Source: Mycobacterium leprae TN
GTDB lineage: Bacteria > Actinomycetota > Actinomycetes > Mycobacteriales > Mycobacteriaceae
Direction of reading: 5' to 3'
DNA: 32,000 nucleotides
Assembly: GCF_000195855.1 (NCBI RefSeq)
Contig: NC_002677.1
Coordinates: forward strand, 2,250,001 to 2,282,000
The position numbers were made by a program, and so were the translations under genes. Every line of letters begins with the position of its first letter. Position 1 is the stretch's first letter. The notes below the pieces were generated by a model. The model made no database searches. It was not told where the DNA came from and was given only the letters and a program-made list of their open reading frames with translations. Below, one piece after another: positions 29,850 through 32,000 of this stretch.

Positions 29850-30430
29850 TAGCCTCGGAAATGACTGCAGAGCCCGAAAGCAGTACTCGTGATGAGATGC
29901 CACATACCGTGGTCGGGCTGCTCAACCACCACGAGCCCGATGCTCTGCAAATCCGCAAGATAGCCGGCGCAGCCAGCACCTGGGCGATAGCAGTATACAA
30001 CCATTTTGGCGGCATACGTACGCCGATCGCCGAGGGGGCTTGCAGCAGTTCGGCACCGTGTTAACGGTATCACAAATCGCTGACCTGGCGGCCATCAGCT
30101 CTGTTTACCGCCGCTATCTCACCGAGCGTCCACTGATATTTTCAGAGTATCTCCTGATGTTCAGCAGCTGACGACGAAATAATGGTAGCCGTAACCCGCC
30201 CAATTCTAGAGCACTGATACACAGGTTTTTATGATGCTGGATCTGGCCGGGTACTACGGCAACGACAGCGCTGCCGTCGATCCGGTACGTGGCTCAATGA
30301 GCTCGAATCTGCTTGCCGCTTTAGGCGATTCACCCAGGCGCGCGTGCATCAATCGCAACGCCCGGCGGCCAGCGTGAACTGAAAACACGAAACCCCAGGC
30401 CCTGCGCGGATTCCAGGGTGTTCGCGAATT
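29850..30430 (+). pseudogene. TetR-family regulator relic (Rv0653c-like)
   Basis: Plus strand 'GLLNHHEPDALQIRKIAGAASTWAIAVYNHFGGIR' (TetR helix-turn-helix) then 'SSVYRRYLTERPLIFSEYLLMFSS'. Convergent to rplL as Rv0653c is in M. tuberculosis. Confidence 0.7.
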
Positions 30431-30434
30431 GACC

Positions 30435-30827
30435 TTACTTGACACTGACAGTGGCGCCGGTGGCCTCGAGTTTGGCCTTGGCGTCGTCGGCGGCCTCCTT
30501 GGCGACCTTCTCCAGCAGCAGCTTGGGCACGCCGTCGACCAGGTCCTTGGCCTCCTTGAGGCCAAGGCCAGAGACGATCTCGCGAACAACCTTTATGACG
30601 CCGATCTTCTTGTCGCCGGCGCTTTCGAGAATGACGTCGAACTCGGACTGTTCCTCGGCAGCTTCGCCGGCCTCGCCGGCCGCGGGTGCACCAGCAACGG
30701 CAACAGAGACCGGAGCGGCCGCGGTGACCTCGAAGGTCTCCTCGAACTTTTTGACGAAGTCCGAAAGTTCCAACAAGGTCATTTCCTTGAACACGTCCAG
30801 CAGTTCGTCACTAGAGAGCTTTGACAT
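30435..30827 (-). CDS. rplL: 50S ribosomal protein L7/L12
   Basis: 130 aa; '[31 protein letters not shown]...[42 protein letters not shown]'. Confidence 0.98.
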   Translation of the reverse strand: MSKLSSDELLDVFKEMTLLELSDFVKKFEETFEVTAAAPVSVAVAGAPAAGEAGEAAEEQSEFDVILESAGDKKIGVIKVVREIVSGLGLKEAKDLVDGVPKLLLEKVAKEAADDAKAKLEATGATVSVK

Positions 30828-30862
30828 GGGGGTGGGGTCCTTCCTTGATTTCTGGTGCTTGG

Positions 30863-31396
30863 CTATTCGGCTGAGGCCGGTTCGAAAGCTTTCTTTTCCT
30901 GCAATGCGGCGGTGAGCCTTGCCATCTGCGAGGTCGGCGCATTGAATAGTCCGATCGCCTTGGCGAAGGTGCCCTTCATGGCGCCGGCCAGTTTGGCTAG
31001 CAACACCTCACGGGACTCCAGGTCGGCGATGCGCTCGACTTCGGCGACAGTCATCGGATGGCCATCCATGTAGCCTCCCTTAATCACCAGCGCCTTGTGT
31101 TCCTTGGCGAACGTCTTGATGGCCTTGGCGGCATCGACCGGCTCACCGGTGACGAACGCGATCGCCGTCGGGCCGGCGAATAACTCGTCGAGCCCCTCGA
31201 TGCCGACTTCGGAGGCCGCCCGCTTAATGAGCGTGTTCTTGGCCACCGCATAGCTGGCCGAACCCGTGAGCGACCGGCGCAGCTCGGCCAAGTTAGCCAC
31301 CGTCAAGCCGCGATATTCGGTAATCAACGCTGCCGTCGCAGCCTTAAACTGCTCGGCGATGTTTGCAACGGCGGTGGCCTTGTCAGCCCTAGCCAT
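30863..31396 (-). CDS. rplJ: 50S ribosomal protein L10 (start trimmed from the 192 aa ORF to [17 protein letters not shown])
   Basis: 177 aa L10 sequence; AGGAGG Shine-Dalgarno-like element just upstream of ATG at 31396. Confidence 0.97.
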   Translation of the reverse strand: MARADKATAVANIAEQFKAATAALITEYRGLTVANLAELRRSLTGSASYAVAKNTLIKRAASEVGIEGLDELFAGPTAIAFVTGEPVDAAKAIKTFAKEHKALVIKGGYMDGHPMTVAEVERIADLESREVLLAKLAGAMKGTFAKAIGLFNAPTSQMARLTAALQEKKAFEPASAE

Positions 31397-31460
31397 GCAT
31401 ACCTCCTGAGGTGAAAGTCGGGTTGCGACTGGAGTCTGCAACCTACCGGGGAGAATGACG

Positions 31461-31516
31461 AACGCCCCGGAGCAGGAAGCGGCCGGGGCGTTAAAATACG
31501 CCGGCGCACGCCGGCG
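31461..31516 (-). promoter_or_regulatory. putative L10 leader / attenuator hairpins upstream of rplJ
   Basis: Two perfect inverted repeats: AACGCCCCGG (31461-31470) / CCGGGGCGTT (31483-31492) and CGCCGGC (31499-31505) / GCCGGCG (31510-31516). They lie 65-120 nt upstream of the rplJ start on its strand. Confidence 0.5.
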
Positions 31517-31682
31517 GGGGTGCCTCGTCCTCCTGCGTGGGCCGCCCGGGATGTTACCGAGCCTTCAACCGACTCTTTCGGTCACTGACGGTCTTAGGTG
31601 GATCAACTATCACAATAGTGCGATGCCCCGGCATCAACCAAAACATTAACGCGGTAGTCCTGCCATCACGGTCCGCACTACA

Positions 31683-32000
31683 GCCCCTCGAGCCTGGCGG
31701 CACCAACCAGACCGACCTTGCCACCGAGCTCAGCCAACATCACATGCAGGTCAGCCCAAAATCCAGCCCTGCGTAGTTGGCCAACACCGCGTACAGCTAG
31801 CCGAAAAGCAACCGACCAAATTTAGGGACGCCATCGCCGACCACGACGAAGTCTAGATCCCACACCACCACAACCGAGGCGATCGTCCTCGCAAGCGCGG
31901 CGGTACCTAGGTGAAATGCCCACCCCGCTGCATCGGCCACTTCCCTGACGCCGGTGACCCAACGAACAGTTCCGATAACTTCGCCGAAACAACCTGGATA
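31683..32000 (-). pseudogene. ROK-family sugar kinase relic (Rv0650-like), C-terminal half, continues off right edge
   Basis: 'GREVADAAGWAF...TAALARTIASVVVVWDLDFVVVGDGVPKFGRLLFG*' then 'VLANYAGLDFGLTCMLAELGGKVGLVGAARLEGL*'. Confidence 0.83.
31690..31795. repeat. copy B of a dispersed direct repeat of about 106 bp (partner 12365..12470)
   Basis: About 90% identical by hand alignment, same orientation, no gaps. Confidence 0.85.

Noticed and set aside
30439-30915. 158 aa plus-strand Ser/Ala-rich ORF opposite rplL
   Set aside because: Shadow of the Ala/Lys/Glu-rich L7/L12 coding sequence read in reverse; no homology recognised.

Overview
This window is a decayed actinobacterial chromosome segment. 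Gene content, RpoB/RpoC sequence and very heavy pseudogenisation point to the leprosy-bacillus lineage (Mycobacterium leprae or M. lepromatosis; I cannot separate the two without alignment). Nearly all intact genes run on the minus strand and are housekeeping genes: rplJ, rplL, mkl, rpoB, rpoC, end (nfo), rpsL, rpsG, fusA and tuf. They cover a little under half of the window. Most of the rest can be read as frameshifted relics in the M. tuberculosis Rv0650-Rv0693 order: a ROK sugar kinase (Rv0650), a TetR regulator and carotenoid dioxygenase (Rv0653c/Rv0654), fadE8-echA4-Rv0674-echA5, two DUF3060-like genes (Rv0679c/Rv0680c), a mycofactocin-type SDR and ferredoxin reductase (Rv0687/Rv0688), a DUF2332 gene (Rv0690c), and a fossil mycofactocin locus (mftR, mftA, mftB, mftC). 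I found no convincing new functional system. The best second-look items are: the mycofactocin fossil, including an almost complete mftA relic with a one-base frameshift and a lost terminal Tyr; a clean 13-bp junction where M. tuberculosis carries mmpL5-mmpS5-Rv0678; a non-syntenic 10.2-12.9 kb patch with a truncated SAM methyltransferase and a second ROK-kinase 3' end about 90% identical to the one at the right edge; and two strong hairpins in the rplJ leader. All homology calls come from remembered family sequences and hand translation. No search was run.
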